64,000 bases of DNA from Calditrichaceae bacterium (GTDB lineage: Bacteria > Calditrichota > Calditrichia > Calditrichales > JBFXGD01), in the NCBI GenBank assembly GCA_050173015.1, contig JBFXLE010000006.1, positions 128,001-192,000 of the forward strand, read 5' to 3'. Of this stretch, positions 30,565-42,181 are shown piece by piece (the first letter of the stretch is position 1; each line of letters starts with the position of its first letter). The position numbers were made by a program, and so were the translations under genes. The notes below the pieces were generated by a model. The model did no database searches. It was given only the letters and a program-made list of their open reading frames with translations, and had not been told where the DNA came from.

Positions 30565-31669
30565 ATGAATACAGAATTATTGGAAAAAGTAATTGATTTT
30601 AAAGACCGATTGAATAATTTGCGGAGTTATCTTTGACCTCGATAAAAAAGACGCGGAGTTAAAGGAGTTAGAGAAAAAAACACTGGCGGATGATTTCTGG
30701 CAGGATAATGAACTTGCGCAGACGGTTTTCAAAGAAATAAATCAGAAAAAAGAGTGGGTCGATAAGTGGAATGCATGCAAGGCTCAATTCGATGATATTG
30801 AAATTTTAATCGAACTGCAAAAAGAAGAGAATGACGATTCAATCGACGATGAGTTGATCAGCCAGGTAGATAAATTAGAAAATAATCTAAATGACCTGGA
30901 ATTCCGTCGCATGCTTGGCGGGATTAATGATCCTAAAAACGCCATTCTCACGATTCATCCGGGCGCGGGCGGGACAGAAAGCCAGGATTGGGCTGAAATG
31001 CTCATGAGAATGTATCTGCGTTACGCCGAAAGAAAGGGATTTCAATCGGAGGTTCTTGATTACCAGGCGGGTGACGAAGCCGGATTAAAGAGCGCGACTA
31101 TTGAAATAAAAGGTGAATACAGCTATGGATATCTGCGAGCAGAGGCAGGAGTTCACCGCCTTGTCAGGATTTCACCATTTGATGCAAACAGCAGAAGACA
31201 TACTTCATTCGCGTCCGTATTTGTCCTTCCGGAAATAGATGTAGATATAGATGTAGATATTAATCCGGTAGACTTAAGAATTGACACTTACAGAGCCAGC
31301 GGGGCGGGCGGTCAGCACGTAAATAAAACTGATTCTGCTATCCGAATCACACATATCCCAAGCGGCATTGTCGTTCAGTGTCAGAATGAAAGATCACAAC
31401 ATAAGAATAAAGCAAACGCGATGAAAATTCTTGCTTCCAGGTTATATCAAAAGAAACTGGAAGAGCAGCGCGAAAAAATGAAGGAATACGAGAATACCAA
31501 AAGAGATATTGCCTGGGGCAGTCAGATTCGTTCGTATGTCTTTCATCCATACAACATGGTCAAGGATCATCGTACTAACGTTGAAACCAGTAATACGCAG
31601 AGTGTCATGGATGGAGATCTGGACCAATTTGTCGAAAAATATCTGATCGATTTTGGAACAAGTGATTGA
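30565..31669 (+). CDS. prfB: peptide chain release factor 2 (programmed +1 frameshift at CTT-TGA-C, 30631-30637)
   Basis: ORF from ATG 30565 ends CTT TGA; the +1 frame continues into the SPF- and GGQ-containing RF2 body. Confidence 0.97.
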
Positions 31670-31700
31670 GAATCATATAAGGGAATAGAAGGAGTTCGTT

Positions 31701-33194
31701 TTGGAAGACTTTAATCAGCTGATACAAATAAGGAAAGAAAAGCTTGAAAAAATACGTGAAATGGGAGTCAACCCATATCCGCATAAATTTGATCAAACGC
31801 ACCTCTCGGCAGATGTTATAGCCGATTTTGATAATCTTAATGAACAGGTTGTCTCGGTCGCGGGAAGAATCATGTCTGTCAGACTTATGGGTAAGGCTTC
31901 ATTCTGCCACATTCAGGACAGCAAGGGCCGCATACAGGTATATCTTCGTTCCGATCAGATTGGCGAGAAAATGTTTGAGCTTTTTAAAATTTTGGATATC
32001 GGAGACTTTATAGGAATTACCGGAAAAGTATTTAAAACACGCACCGAAGAGATATCCGTCAACGCCTCGGAATTGATCCTCCTTTCAAAATCGCTCAGAC
32101 CTCTGCCGATTGTAAAAGAAAAGGAAGAAGACGGTCAGAAAGTCGTATATGATCAGTTTGCTGACAAAGAGATGCGTTACAGACAGAGATATGTTGACCT
32201 GGTGGTTAATCCCGAGGTGAAAGATGTGTTCGTAAAACGCAGTAAAATTGTAACTGCTATTCGCGAATTTTTAAATGAATATGATTTTCTTGAAGTGGAA
32301 ACACCGGTTCTACAACCCATATATGGCGGAGCAACCGCGCGTCCCTTCAAAACACACCATAATACACTGGATACGACATTATATCTGCGGATCGCCAATG
32401 AACTCTATCTGAAAAGATTAATTGTCGGTGGATTTGACCGCGTATATGAATTTGCCAAGGATTTCCGCAATGAAGGTATGGACCGCTTTCATAATCCGGA
32501 ATTTACACAGGTTGAGCTTTATGTGGCGCATAAGGACTATGTCTGGATGATGGATTTTGTAGAACAATTGTTTAATCATGTGGCCGTAAAAGTCATGGGA
32601 AGTCCAAAGATCCAGTTTAACGGTCATGAGATTGATCTTACTCCGCCGTGGAGACGATTAACGATGTTTGAGGCGATTAAGGAATTTACAAAAACAGATA
32701 TCAGCCGAATGGATGAATCCCAGCTTCGCGCGACCGCAAAAAAACTTAATCTGGAAGTCGGACCGGAACTCGGTGCCGGAAAGATCATTGATGAAATTTT
32801 CGGTGAATTTGTTGAACCAAATTTGATTCAGCCTACATTCATAATGGACTACCCGGTTGAGATGTCGCCTCTGGCTAAAAAACATCGCGCCCAAGAAGGA
32901 TTGGTGGAAAGATTTGAGCCGATCATCGGAGGAAAAGAAGTCGGTAATTCTTTTACTGAATTAAATGATCCTATCGATCAGCGCGCGCGGTTTATGGAAC
33001 AGATGGAACTTAAAGAGCGCGGTGATGATGAGGCGCAGGTAATGGATGAAGATTTTCTGCGCGCCCTCGAAATCGGTATGCCTCCGACGGCAGGTCTCGG
33101 CATCGGGATCGACCGGCTTGTTATGCTTTTTACAAATCAGTCAAGTATTCGTGACGTCATCTTCTTCCCTCAAATGCGACCAGAAAGCAAGTAA
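31701..33194 (+). CDS. lysS: lysine--tRNA ligase (class II)
   Basis: [22 protein letters not shown] and [18 protein letters not shown] start with RBS AGGAG. Confidence 0.98.
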   Translation: MEDFNQLIQIRKEKLEKIREMGVNPYPHKFDQTHLSADVIADFDNLNEQVVSVAGRIMSVRLMGKASFCHIQDSKGRIQVYLRSDQIGEKMFELFKILDIGDFIGITGKVFKTRTEEISVNASELILLSKSLRPLPIVKEKEEDGQKVVYDQFADKEMRYRQRYVDLVVNPEVKDVFVKRSKIVTAIREFLNEYDFLEVETPVLQPIYGGATARPFKTHHNTLDTTLYLRIANELYLKRLIVGGFDRVYEFAKDFRNEGMDRFHNPEFTQVELYVAHKDYVWMMDFVEQLFNHVAVKVMGSPKIQFNGHEIDLTPPWRRLTMFEAIKEFTKTDISRMDESQLRATAKKLNLEVGPELGAGKIIDEIFGEFVEPNLIQPTFIMDYPVEMSPLAKKHRAQEGLVERFEPIIGGKEVGNSFTELNDPIDQRARFMEQMELKERGDDEAQVMDEDFLRALEIGMPPTAGLGIGIDRLVMLFTNQSSIRDVIFFPQMRPESK

Positions 33195-33200
33195 CCAATT

Positions 33201-34436
33201 ATGTCTTTTGAAACTTTTATAGCGAAGCGGTACCTGCGCGCGAAGCGCAAGACCGGTTTTATTTCAATCATCACTTATGTCTCAATCGGCGGCGTGGCAA
33301 TTGGTGTGACCGCGTTGATTCTCGTGCTTTCCGTCATGAACGGATTCGAGCAGGAAGTGCGCTCCAGGCTCATTGGAGCAGACGCCCACCTGCGTCTCCG
33401 GAAGTATTTTACAGAGACCATCACCGAGCCCGATTCCATACTAAAGATTGTACGGGGCATTCCACATGTCACCGGAGCGTCTCCGACAATTTTTGAAGAA
33501 GGAATGGTAAAATCCAAGACAACTCAAAGACCAACAGCAATAAAAGCGATCGATCCCAAAACGGCCGATTCCGTTACCGAAATTTCCAAAAATATTGTCC
33601 TGGGTACACTGGATTTTTCCCCGAAGGAGATCAATGGGCGGATGATGCCCGGAATTGTGTTGGGACGTTATCTGGCTGACGCCATACTCGCGCTGCATGT
33701 GGGGGATGTCGTAACGCTGTGGATTATGCCCTCGGAAGGGGGGATTTTTGTTCAACCAAAAATTATGCAGTTTTATGTTGCGGGTCTCGTTGAGTTCGGA
33801 TATTACGAATATGATAAGATATTTTCCTACATATCCATCCAGGACGCGCAAAAACTGTTTGATCTAAACACAGGCGTCACCTGGATTGAGATAAAACTTG
33901 ATAATTATGAGCTGGCAAATGAAGTAAAAGTGACCATTGAAAATGAACTGGGATACCCTTATACGGCATTGACATGGTTCGATTTGAACAGATCGTTATT
34001 CTCGTGGATGGAAATCGAAAAATGGGGAGCGTTTGTCATTCTGAGTTTGATTATCATGGTAGCCGCCTTTAATATCATCAGTTCGCTTGTCATGGTGGTC
34101 ATGGAAAAAACGCGGGAAATCGGTATTTTAAAATCGATGGGCGCTTCGTCTAAAAGTATTATGAAAATATTTATGTTTGAAGGGCTGCTGGTGGGATTAG
34201 TCGGCACAACCATCGGAAGTCTTCTTGGCTACTCAATAGGATTCCTGCAGCTTCATTATCATTTGATTTCACTCCCATCTGATGTTTATTTGATAAATGC
34301 GCTTCCTATTGAAATGAAGGTGTTGGATTTTATCGCGATAGCTGTGGTGGCTATATTTTTAAGTTTGATCGCCTCGGTCTATCCCGCCTATAAAGCGTCA
34401 AAATTAGTCCCGGTGGAAGCAATCAGATATGAATAA
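33201..34436 (+). CDS. lolE: lipoprotein-releasing ABC transporter permease (LolC/E family)
   Basis: FIAKRYL, VLSVMNGF, VAAFNI, EIGILKSMGA and YPA..A....P.EA.RYE motifs. Confidence 0.88.
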   Translation: MSFETFIAKRYLRAKRKTGFISIITYVSIGGVAIGVTALILVLSVMNGFEQEVRSRLIGADAHLRLRKYFTETITEPDSILKIVRGIPHVTGASPTIFEEGMVKSKTTQRPTAIKAIDPKTADSVTEISKNIVLGTLDFSPKEINGRMMPGIVLGRYLADAILALHVGDVVTLWIMPSEGGIFVQPKIMQFYVAGLVEFGYYEYDKIFSYISIQDAQKLFDLNTGVTWIEIKLDNYELANEVKVTIENELGYPYTALTWFDLNRSLFSWMEIEKWGAFVILSLIIMVAAFNIISSLVMVVMEKTREIGILKSMGASSKSIMKIFMFEGLLVGLVGTTIGSLLGYSIGFLQLHYHLISLPSDVYLINALPIEMKVLDFIAIAVVAIFLSLIASVYPAYKASKLVPVEAIRYE

Positions 34437-35121
34437 TGTAATGATAGATATAAAAGATGTTTTTAAAAGCTATGAAAACGGCCCGCAAAAGGTGGATGTC
34501 ATCAAGGGGATCAGCCTTCAGGTGAAGCAGGCGGAAGTTGTTGTAATAATGGGGCCGTCAGGTGTCGGGAAAAGTACGCTTCTGCATCTTATAGGCGCGC
34601 TGGATCTGCCCACAAGCGGAGAAATAAAAATCGCCGATCAAAATGTTCACACACTCAGGAATGATTCGCTCGCCAGGTTCAGGAATAATTCAATTGGCTT
34701 TGTATTTCAGTTCCATCATCTTCTTCCGGAATTTACGGCATTGGAAAATATATTAATCCCGGCGATGATGTACGGGAAGCTTACAGCGGAAAAAGAAGAA
34801 TACGCAAAACATATACTCGATGAGGTGGGATTATCTCACCGGTTGAATCATAAACCGCGTGAATTATCAGGTGGGGAGCAGCAGCGTGTTGCGGTAGGAC
34901 GGGCACTGGTGAATCAGCCAAAGGTAATACTCGCCGATGAACCGACGGGAAATCTGGATAAAAAAAGCGGTGAAGCTCTTTACGCGCTGCTGCTGGATCT
35001 GAATAAAAAACTAAAACAGACGCTGATCATAGTGACCCATAATGAAAATATGACTTCACAGGCGTCAAGAGTGATCGAAATGGATGACGGGAAAATAGGC
35101 AAACAGATCATCAGAGAATAA
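34429..35121 (+). CDS. lolD: lipoprotein-releasing ABC transporter ATP-binding protein
   Basis: GPSGVGKST, GFVFQFHHLL (LolD motif), LSGGEQQR and ADEPTGNLD. Confidence 0.9.
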   Translation: MNNVMIDIKDVFKSYENGPQKVDVIKGISLQVKQAEVVVIMGPSGVGKSTLLHLIGALDLPTSGEIKIADQNVHTLRNDSLARFRNNSIGFVFQFHHLLPEFTALENILIPAMMYGKLTAEKEEYAKHILDEVGLSHRLNHKPRELSGGEQQRVAVGRALVNQPKVILADEPTGNLDKKSGEALYALLLDLNKKLKQTLIIVTHNENMTSQASRVIEMDDGKIGKQIIRE

Positions 35122-35182
35122 AATTCAGAAATCCGGCTTCTCATTACAATTAATGGAACTTCAACAATAAGATCTACCCATT

Positions 35183-37279
35183 ATGGGCAAGTATAATTCC
35201 GACGAATTTGATTTGCAATATCTTAAAGGAATTGGACCGAAACGGGCTCAAATTCTTTCCGGGAACGGAATCAAATCCTTCCACGATTTAATCAATTATT
35301 TCCCAAGAAAATATGTTGACCGAAGCACAATCGTATCGCTGGATAAACTTCAGCCCGATCAGGAAGTTACCGTGATTGGTAAAATTGAGGTGGCGGGGAT
35401 CCGCCGTATGAGAAAAGCGGTGTTTTATCTGGTTATCAGTGACGGTAAAGGTATAATGGAAGCAATCTGGTTTAATTCCGTCTCTTTTTTCAAAAATCTG
35501 TTCAAAGTGGGGGAATGGATTTCTCTCTCCGGCAAGCCTTCATTTTACCGCGGATATCAGATGGTTCATCCTGACTATGACCGGCTGGGTGATGGAGAAA
35601 TTGATAATTTGTTTAATACGGGCAAGATACTGCCCTTTTATCCTGAAAACGAAACGTTCAAAAAAGTCGGTATCAATTCATATACATTCCGAAAAATCTT
35701 TTTCCATTTGTTCCAGACGGTAACAGATGAAATCCAGGAGATACTCCCTGAAATCTTAATCAAAAAACGCGGTTTTCAGAATCTGGATGAGGCCTACAGG
35801 CAAATTCACAATCCGGATAATCAACAGAAATTAGATCTCTCCATCTACCGTTTTAAGTATGAAGAGTTTTTTTATCAACAGTTAATGATGGCTCTGCAAA
35901 AAGCAAATTTAAAATCAAAGCCGGTTGGAATTGCTTTTATGGCGAAAAGTGAGCGTTTGGAGCAACTCTATAAATCCTTGCCGTTTACAATGACGGAAGC
36001 GCAGAAACGCGTTGTCCGCGAAATTCGCGAAGATATGAAGAATCCCGCGCCGATGAACCGTCTTTTGCAGGGGGATGTTGGTTCAGGGAAGACCCTTGTA
36101 GCGATCATGGCCATGCTCATCGCCATTGATAACGGTTACCAGGCCGCTTTGATGGTACCCACTGAAATTTTGGCGGAACAACACTTTATAAATATTTCTA
36201 AATTGCTTAATCCGCTAAATGTCAAAGTCAGTCTTCTGACCGGAAGTACACCGGCCCGCCAGCGAAAGCAGCTTCAGGAGAATCTGGAATCAAGTGATCC
36301 TCATATTGTCATAGGTACCCATGCGATCATTCAGGACGCGGTTGAATTTAAACAACTTGGACTGGTGGTAATTGATGAACAACATCGTTTTGGCGTCATG
36401 CAGCGTGGTTCGTTAATGTCGAAAGGAACCCATCCCGATGTGCTGGTGATGACCGCGACTCCCATTCCACGGACTTTGGCCCTGACCGCTTATGGCTCTC
36501 TGGATGTATCAGTCATTGACGAGATGCCCGCTGACCGAAAAGATATTCTGACCGTCTGGCGCTTTGACGATAAGGCAAATCAAATTTATGAGTTTATCCG
36601 CGAACGGTTAAAAGAAGGCGAGCAGGCATATATAGTGTATCCTTTAGTAGAGGAGAGTGAAAAGCTTGATCTGAAAGCCGCGACGGAAAGTTTTGAGTAT
36701 TTACGAAACGGGCCTTTTGCCGGATTTAAGTTGGAATTGCTCCATGGGCGCATGAAATCGGCGGAAAAGGAACGGGTGATGCAACTATTTGTGGATAAAA
36801 AAGTTGATATACTTGTCTCGACAACGGTAATCGAAGTTGGGGTCGATGTGGCGAACGCTACGGTAATGCTTGTTGAACACGGGGAACGGTTCGGACTCTC
36901 TCAGCTTCACCAGCTGCGTGGGCGCGTAGGCAGAAGTGATAAAAAATCATACTGTATTCTGAAAACACCGCATAATATCGGTGAGGTCGCGCTGCAGCGG
37001 ATGCGCATCATGACGGAAACTCAGAATGGGTTCGTAATTGCAGAAAAGGATCTGGAGTTAAGGGGATGGGGAGATTTTTTCGGAACGAAACAAAGCGGGA
37101 TGCCCGATTTTAGACTGGCGAATCCGATTATCGATCTGGATATTTTGAAACAGGCGCGTCAGGATGCTTTTGAGCTTGTCAACGCCGATAACCTGCTGAG
37201 AAAACCGGAAAACAAAGAATTGAATCAGGTTATGCGTACGCGATTCAAAGAAAAAATGGATCTAATAAATATTAGTTAA
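35183..37279 (+). CDS. recG: ATP-dependent DNA helicase RecG
   Basis: RLLQGDVGSGKT, DEQHRFG, MTATPIPRTL and QLHQLRGRVGR motifs. Confidence 0.98.
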   Translation: MGKYNSDEFDLQYLKGIGPKRAQILSGNGIKSFHDLINYFPRKYVDRSTIVSLDKLQPDQEVTVIGKIEVAGIRRMRKAVFYLVISDGKGIMEAIWFNSVSFFKNLFKVGEWISLSGKPSFYRGYQMVHPDYDRLGDGEIDNLFNTGKILPFYPENETFKKVGINSYTFRKIFFHLFQTVTDEIQEILPEILIKKRGFQNLDEAYRQIHNPDNQQKLDLSIYRFKYEEFFYQQLMMALQKANLKSKPVGIAFMAKSERLEQLYKSLPFTMTEAQKRVVREIREDMKNPAPMNRLLQGDVGSGKTLVAIMAMLIAIDNGYQAALMVPTEILAEQHFINISKLLNPLNVKVSLLTGSTPARQRKQLQENLESSDPHIVIGTHAIIQDAVEFKQLGLVVIDEQHRFGVMQRGSLMSKGTHPDVLVMTATPIPRTLALTAYGSLDVSVIDEMPADRKDILTVWRFDDKANQIYEFIRERLKEGEQAYIVYPLVEESEKLDLKAATESFEYLRNGPFAGFKLELLHGRMKSAEKERVMQLFVDKKVDILVSTTVIEVGVDVANATVMLVEHGERFGLSQLHQLRGRVGRSDKKSYCILKTPHNIGEVALQRMRIMTETQNGFVIAEKDLELRGWGDFFGTKQSGMPDFRLANPIIDLDILKQARQDAFELVNADNLLRKPENKELNQVMRTRFKEKMDLINIS

Positions 37280-37338
37280 CTTATGAAGACCGATTTTTGT
37301 GAATTTGATCGATACAGGAAGTCGGAAAACAGGAGATC

Positions 37339-38406
37339 ATGGTTAAAGACCCGGTAATATCAGTGGTGATTCCGCATTTCAATGGAAAAGATATTCTAAA
37401 TGATTGTCTGGAATCCTTATTTAAAAATACATATGTCGAATTTGAAACTATCCTGATAGATAACGGCTCAACCGATGGCAGTCAGGATTTTGTCCGGGAT
37501 AAATTCCCGCAAGTGAGATTGATCCGGAACAAGGTAAATCTTGGATACGCTGGCGGCTGTAATCAGGGAATTGGATTATCACAAGGGCGTTTTGTACTGC
37601 TGTTAAATAATGACACTGTGATGCCGGAAAATTTTCTCTGGGAAATGCACGCGGCCATAAAAAGTGACGATGCCATTGCCGCGGTTCAGCCAAAAATAAT
37701 TTCTATTCAGAATAATCGCCTGTTTGATTATTCAGGGGGCGCCGGCGGAGAAATGGATTTGTTGGGATATCCGTTTGCAAGAGGCCGGATTTTCGATACG
37801 GTTGAAGCTGACAACAAACAGTATGATCATATGGAGCGGCAGGTTTTCTGGACATCGGGATGCGCCCTTTTATTGCGTAAGAGTATTACGGATCAGATAG
37901 GAATCCTCGATGAAGATTTTTTTGCGCATCAGGAGGAAATTGATCTGAACTGGCGGGCGCAACTGGCAGGATATAAGAATGTAGTGACAACAAGAACGCA
38001 TATAACGCACTTTTCCGGATATACACTGCGTGGTGATAATGAACGAAAAATGTACTATAATCATCGCAATAATCTGATGATGATGTTGAAGAATTATTCT
38101 TTATTGATGTTGTTGCTCGTTTTTCCCATACGTATTGTATTTGAGCTGGCGACTGTAGCAGCCGACGGAATTTTTTGGGAAGGGAAGCGGGCCAGAGCGG
38201 TTATGAGATCATTGATGTATCTCTTTACACACCCTTTGTTGATATATGGTAAGAGACGCAAAACACAGAAATTACGGAAAGTTTCTGATCGTATGATTAT
38301 TCGGAATATGTATCCGGGAAGCGTTGTCATCGACCATTTTATCAGAAAATTATCACCGGTTGAATGTATTCTGAAATTCAGAAAAAACAATCACGCCGGA
38401 ATTTGA
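37339..38406 (+). CDS. glycosyltransferase family 2
   Basis: SVVIP, DNGSTDGS, NLGYAGG.N, LLNND and FFAHQEEIDL.WR motifs. Confidence 0.9.
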   Translation: MVKDPVISVVIPHFNGKDILNDCLESLFKNTYVEFETILIDNGSTDGSQDFVRDKFPQVRLIRNKVNLGYAGGCNQGIGLSQGRFVLLLNNDTVMPENFLWEMHAAIKSDDAIAAVQPKIISIQNNRLFDYSGGAGGEMDLLGYPFARGRIFDTVEADNKQYDHMERQVFWTSGCALLLRKSITDQIGILDEDFFAHQEEIDLNWRAQLAGYKNVVTTRTHITHFSGYTLRGDNERKMYYNHRNNLMMMLKNYSLLMLLLVFPIRIVFELATVAADGIFWEGKRARAVMRSLMYLFTHPLLIYGKRRKTQKLRKVSDRMIIRNMYPGSVVIDHFIRKLSPVECILKFRKNNHAGI

Positions 38407-38468
38407 ACGCCGGGCAGAACTATTTTTCTTTAAATTTGTTTTACATCTGGACGCTGGAATTAATTATC

Positions 38469-38497
38469 TTGCGAAAAAGAGTCAATTTGGTTAGTTT
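38469..38497 (+). promoter_or_regulatory. candidate sigma70 promoter for the DUF2723 operon
   Basis: TTGCGA, 17 nt, TAGTTT. Confidence 0.4.
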
Positions 38498-38537
38498 AAT
38501 CGCTTCCTTCGCGAATAAAAAATTTAAATAAAGGGTT

Positions 38538-41198
38538 ATGATGATGACCATGGAAAAGATGAATCGAATTACCGCTTTAGTAATTTTTCTGTTTACAACC
38601 TTCATTTATTTTTTGACGGTGGCACCGACGGTTTCTTATTGGGACTGTGGTGAATTTATCGCGTCGAGTTTTAAAATGGCTGTGCCGCATCCGCCGGGAA
38701 GTCCGTTGTACCTGCTGGTGGGCCGCGTGTTCACGCTGCTTCCGTTGGGAAGTGATATTGGTTTCAGAGTAAATATAATATCCGTGTTTTCCAGTTCCAT
38801 CACAGTGATGCTCCTCTATTTGTCGATAGTACATCTGGTGAGAGAGTGGAAAGGTAAATTAGAGACAAAAAGCGACTGGCTGACCGCCATATTCTCTGGT
38901 GTGCTGGGTTCCCTTAGTTTTGCTTTTACCCATAGTTTCTGGTTTAACGGTTCCGAAGCGGAAGTTTACGCGGCTTCGATGCTCTTTACTTCATTAATTG
39001 TATGGTTGATCCTGGTGTGGGCGGAAAAATCGGATGAACCGGATAATGGCCGGTATTTACTGATGATTGCCTATATCATTGGTTTAGCAATCGCGGTTCA
39101 TCTTCTAAATGTCCTTGCTCTGCCTTTTGTGGCGATGATTTATTACTATAAACGGTATGATTTTAATATTAAATCATTCCTGATAATGATGGCGATAACG
39201 GTTGTTCTCATACTCGCGGTATATCCGGGGATGGTGAAGTATGTGCCGCTGATCGCGCTAAATTATGGTGTGATCGGATTGGTCGCGTTTGTTGTGTTTA
39301 TCATCGGCGGGACGATTTGGGCATTAAATAATAAAAAAAATCTGCTAAGCTATGCATTTCTTTCAATCTTACTGATATCCATCGGTTATTCTACTTACGC
39401 CACAATTTACATTCGTTCAAATCTGGATCCGATGATCGATGAGAATGATCCGGAGAATATCGAAAATTTCATAAAATATATAAACAGAGAACAGTACGGC
39501 GATCACTCCATCACCGACCGTGAAGCAGTCTGGAAATCATCTCCGAACGGAAGAAACTATACATCCTCCGGTGATTTTTTCTGGAGATATCAGGTTGATA
39601 AAATGTACGTCCGGTATTTTCTCTGGCAGTTTGTCGGGATGTCCGAAAACGGAATGGACTGGTCGGCTAAACAATTTTTTGCGCTCCCTTTTCTTCTTGG
39701 TTTGATCGGAATCTACTGGCACTTCAGGAGAGATCCAAAGCACGCGCTGGCGGTTACCGCCTTGTTCTTTATGACGGGATTGGCCATCATCATGTATCTA
39801 AATCAACCCGACCCGCAGCCGAGAGAACGTGATTATAGCTATGTCGGCAGTTTTTTTGCCTTTGCCTTTTGGATAGGACTTGGCTACGCGGGTGTTATTG
39901 AGCTGCTAAAAGATTTGTTCAGGAAAAAATCTGATGAAAAATCCGGCTTCGGGACAACCATGATGGCAGTTACATTTGTCGTACTATTGTTAGCTGTGCC
40001 CATGCAGATGCTGGCAAAGAATTTTCATAGCCATGACCGTTCGGGCAATTATGTTGCCTGGGATTATTCGTATAACATGCTGATGTCCTGTGAACCGGAC
40101 GCGATCCTCTTTACCAATGGGGATAACGATACCTTCCCGCTCTGGTATTTGCAGGAAGTTGAAAATATCAGAACGGATATCCGAATCGTAAATCTAAGTT
40201 TGCTGAATACCGACTGGTACATCAAACAATTGAGGGATATGGAGCCAAAAGTGCCGCTTGTGATGAGCGATGCCGAGCTTAGTCGCGTAGGACTGCGTCC
40301 ATGGAAAAAACAAAAGGTGACCTTAAAAGTTCCCGCGAAAGTGGCTGAGACAGCTCACGCTGAATTTCAGGATGCGTTTAAATTCAGTAACATCGAAATT
40401 CCCGAGCAGATAAGCATTGAAATTAATCCCACAATGGATACACCTTATGGTCCGGTGATTCGTACACAAGACTATATGATTCTCAATATTATCGCGACAA
40501 ACCAGTGGCAAAGACCGGTTTACTTCGGAGTCACCGTTCCTCAAAGTAATATGCTTTCGGAACTTGCGGATTATATGCGAATGGAAGGCCTAGTGCTCCG
40601 GCTGGTTCCTTACAAAAACTGGGATATGTCACCAACACACATCCGGAAAAATCTTCTGGAAATTTATAAATATCGCGGTCTGAACGATCCGGATGTTTAT
40701 TATGATGAAAATATTACAAGTCTGCTGCAAAATTATAGAACCGGATTTATGCAGTTGGCGGAATATGATGCCAGATTTGCAAATGACAAAGAAGCCTTAA
40801 AAGAAGTGCTGACCGCGATGGAAGAAAAGATACCATCCGAGGTGATTCCATGGTCGAGCCGGTTTATGCGTCTTTATGGGGATGCATTCCGGGTTGTCGC
40901 GGATTCTTCATACACAGAGACGATCCTTAATGACGCGTCGAGAGTGAATGACCTTCAGACCATAGGTGAACACCTGCTTCGTCTGCGGAAATTGAATCCC
41001 GCGATCGCGCTGCTGGAAAAGGATTATGAGAAAAATCCGCTGAATCCAAAAACACTCGGATTGCTTATTAATGCCTATGATATGAACGGTGAAAAAGAAA
41101 AAGCTGTCGCGCCGCTTGAAAACTGGCTAAAAGCAAATCCCGGCGACAATAACGCAAAAAATATTTTAGAGTCAATAAAAAGCAAAAACCGAATGTAA
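38538..41198 (+). CDS. DUF2723 / TMEM260-like GT-C membrane glycosyltransferase (putative protein O-mannosyltransferase)
   Basis: WDCGEF, HPPG.PL, EAEVY, REQYG, PRERDY and GDNDTFPLWY motifs; many TM segments; C-terminal TPR-like region. Confidence 0.88.
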   Translation: MMMTMEKMNRITALVIFLFTTFIYFLTVAPTVSYWDCGEFIASSFKMAVPHPPGSPLYLLVGRVFTLLPLGSDIGFRVNIISVFSSSITVMLLYLSIVHLVREWKGKLETKSDWLTAIFSGVLGSLSFAFTHSFWFNGSEAEVYAASMLFTSLIVWLILVWAEKSDEPDNGRYLLMIAYIIGLAIAVHLLNVLALPFVAMIYYYKRYDFNIKSFLIMMAITVVLILAVYPGMVKYVPLIALNYGVIGLVAFVVFIIGGTIWALNNKKNLLSYAFLSILLISIGYSTYATIYIRSNLDPMIDENDPENIENFIKYINREQYGDHSITDREAVWKSSPNGRNYTSSGDFFWRYQVDKMYVRYFLWQFVGMSENGMDWSAKQFFALPFLLGLIGIYWHFRRDPKHALAVTALFFMTGLAIIMYLNQPDPQPRERDYSYVGSFFAFAFWIGLGYAGVIELLKDLFRKKSDEKSGFGTTMMAVTFVVLLLAVPMQMLAKNFHSHDRSGNYVAWDYSYNMLMSCEPDAILFTNGDNDTFPLWYLQEVENIRTDIRIVNLSLLNTDWYIKQLRDMEPKVPLVMSDAELSRVGLRPWKKQKVTLKVPAKVAETAHAEFQDAFKFSNIEIPEQISIEINPTMDTPYGPVIRTQDYMILNIIATNQWQRPVYFGVTVPQSNMLSELADYMRMEGLVLRLVPYKNWDMSPTHIRKNLLEIYKYRGLNDPDVYYDENITSLLQNYRTGFMQLAEYDARFANDKEALKEVLTAMEEKIPSEVIPWSSRFMRLYGDAFRVVADSSYTETILNDASRVNDLQTIGEHLLRLRKLNPAIALLEKDYEKNPLNPKTLGLLINAYDMNGEKEKAVAPLENWLKANPGDNNAKNILESIKSKNRM

Positions 41199-42181
41199 TG
41201 CAGTATCTAAAAACCTTTTTAAAGACCGTAATTTCTCTGGGTCTGTTTGCTTATCTTGTATATCATGCAGACCCTAATGAGATTGTTAAAGTTCTGGCGG
41301 GAATCAGCGCCGGCAACGGGATATATTTTCTGATGCTGGCGGTTATATTTGAGCTTGTATCTATATATTTGATGTCACTTCGCTGGAAAGTCCTGCTAAT
41401 ACAGTACGATATAAATATCAGAACCGACCGGTTGTTCGGGTTTTACCTGATCGGGTTGTTTTTTAACAACTTTCTACCAACAAGTATCGGCGGTGATGTA
41501 GTCAGAATATATAAAGCCGCCAATGAGAGTGAAAATAGAACCGCGGGGTTTGCAAGTGTCATAATCGAGCGGCTTGTGGGTATGGCGTCAACTTTTTTTC
41601 TTGCTATTGTGGCTCTCTTTTTTGTCTCTCAATATTTTCATAGTAACAGATTATTGTATATGTCTCTGATCCTGTTTACCGGAATTATTGTATTTATTTT
41701 TCTGATCACCAGGAACCGGCCCTTCAAGATGCTCCTCCGAATATTTGACAAAGTCACTTTCTTTAACATCGGCGAAAAATTTAATAAGCTGTTTGAGGCG
41801 ATACACCAATTGAGAACATACCGTCGTGTATTTGTATATGTATTCATCTTATCCCTGCTATCACAAATCGCGATCGTTTTGATGAATTATTTCATATCTC
41901 AGGCATTTTCTATGAAAATTGATCTGTTATATCTATTTCTGGTTGTACCGGTCACATTTGCCCTCACGCTCCTCCCGTCAATTAACGGTGTAGGGGTTAG
42001 GGATGGAGGTTATGTGGTTTTACTGGGGAAGATTGGCATTTCAGGAGCTGCCGCGATCTCACTTTCTTTTATGAATTTGCTGATTCCAATGTTCATATCC
42101 CTTTTCGGCGCGATTCTATTTATCATTCAAAAACGTAGACTAAGACAAGAGGAAATCAATGAAATCGAACCGTCCGTATAA
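41198..42181 (+). CDS. UPF0104 / lysylphosphatidylglycerol synthase TM-domain (flippase-like) protein
   Basis: RW..LL, FFNNFLPTSIGGDVVR, ER and P.SINGVGVRDG motifs. Confidence 0.85.
   Translation: MQYLKTFLKTVISLGLFAYLVYHADPNEIVKVLAGISAGNGIYFLMLAVIFELVSIYLMSLRWKVLLIQYDINIRTDRLFGFYLIGLFFNNFLPTSIGGDVVRIYKAANESENRTAGFASVIIERLVGMASTFFLAIVALFFVSQYFHSNRLLYMSLILFTGIIVFIFLITRNRPFKMLLRIFDKVTFFNIGEKFNKLFEAIHQLRTYRRVFVYVFILSLLSQIAIVLMNYFISQAFSMKIDLLYLFLVVPVTFALTLLPSINGVGVRDGGYVVLLGKIGISGAAAISLSFMNLLIPMFISLFGAILFIIQKRRLRQEEINEIEPSV

Noticed and set aside
31235..31260. 12-nt tandem repeat ATAGATGTAGAT x2 in prfB
   Set aside because: It encodes the ordinary IDVDIDVDI stretch; only two copies, in frame.
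30854..31669. prfB as a 271-aa ORF or pseudogene
   Set aside because: Explained by the programmed +1 frameshift from the ATG at 30565.
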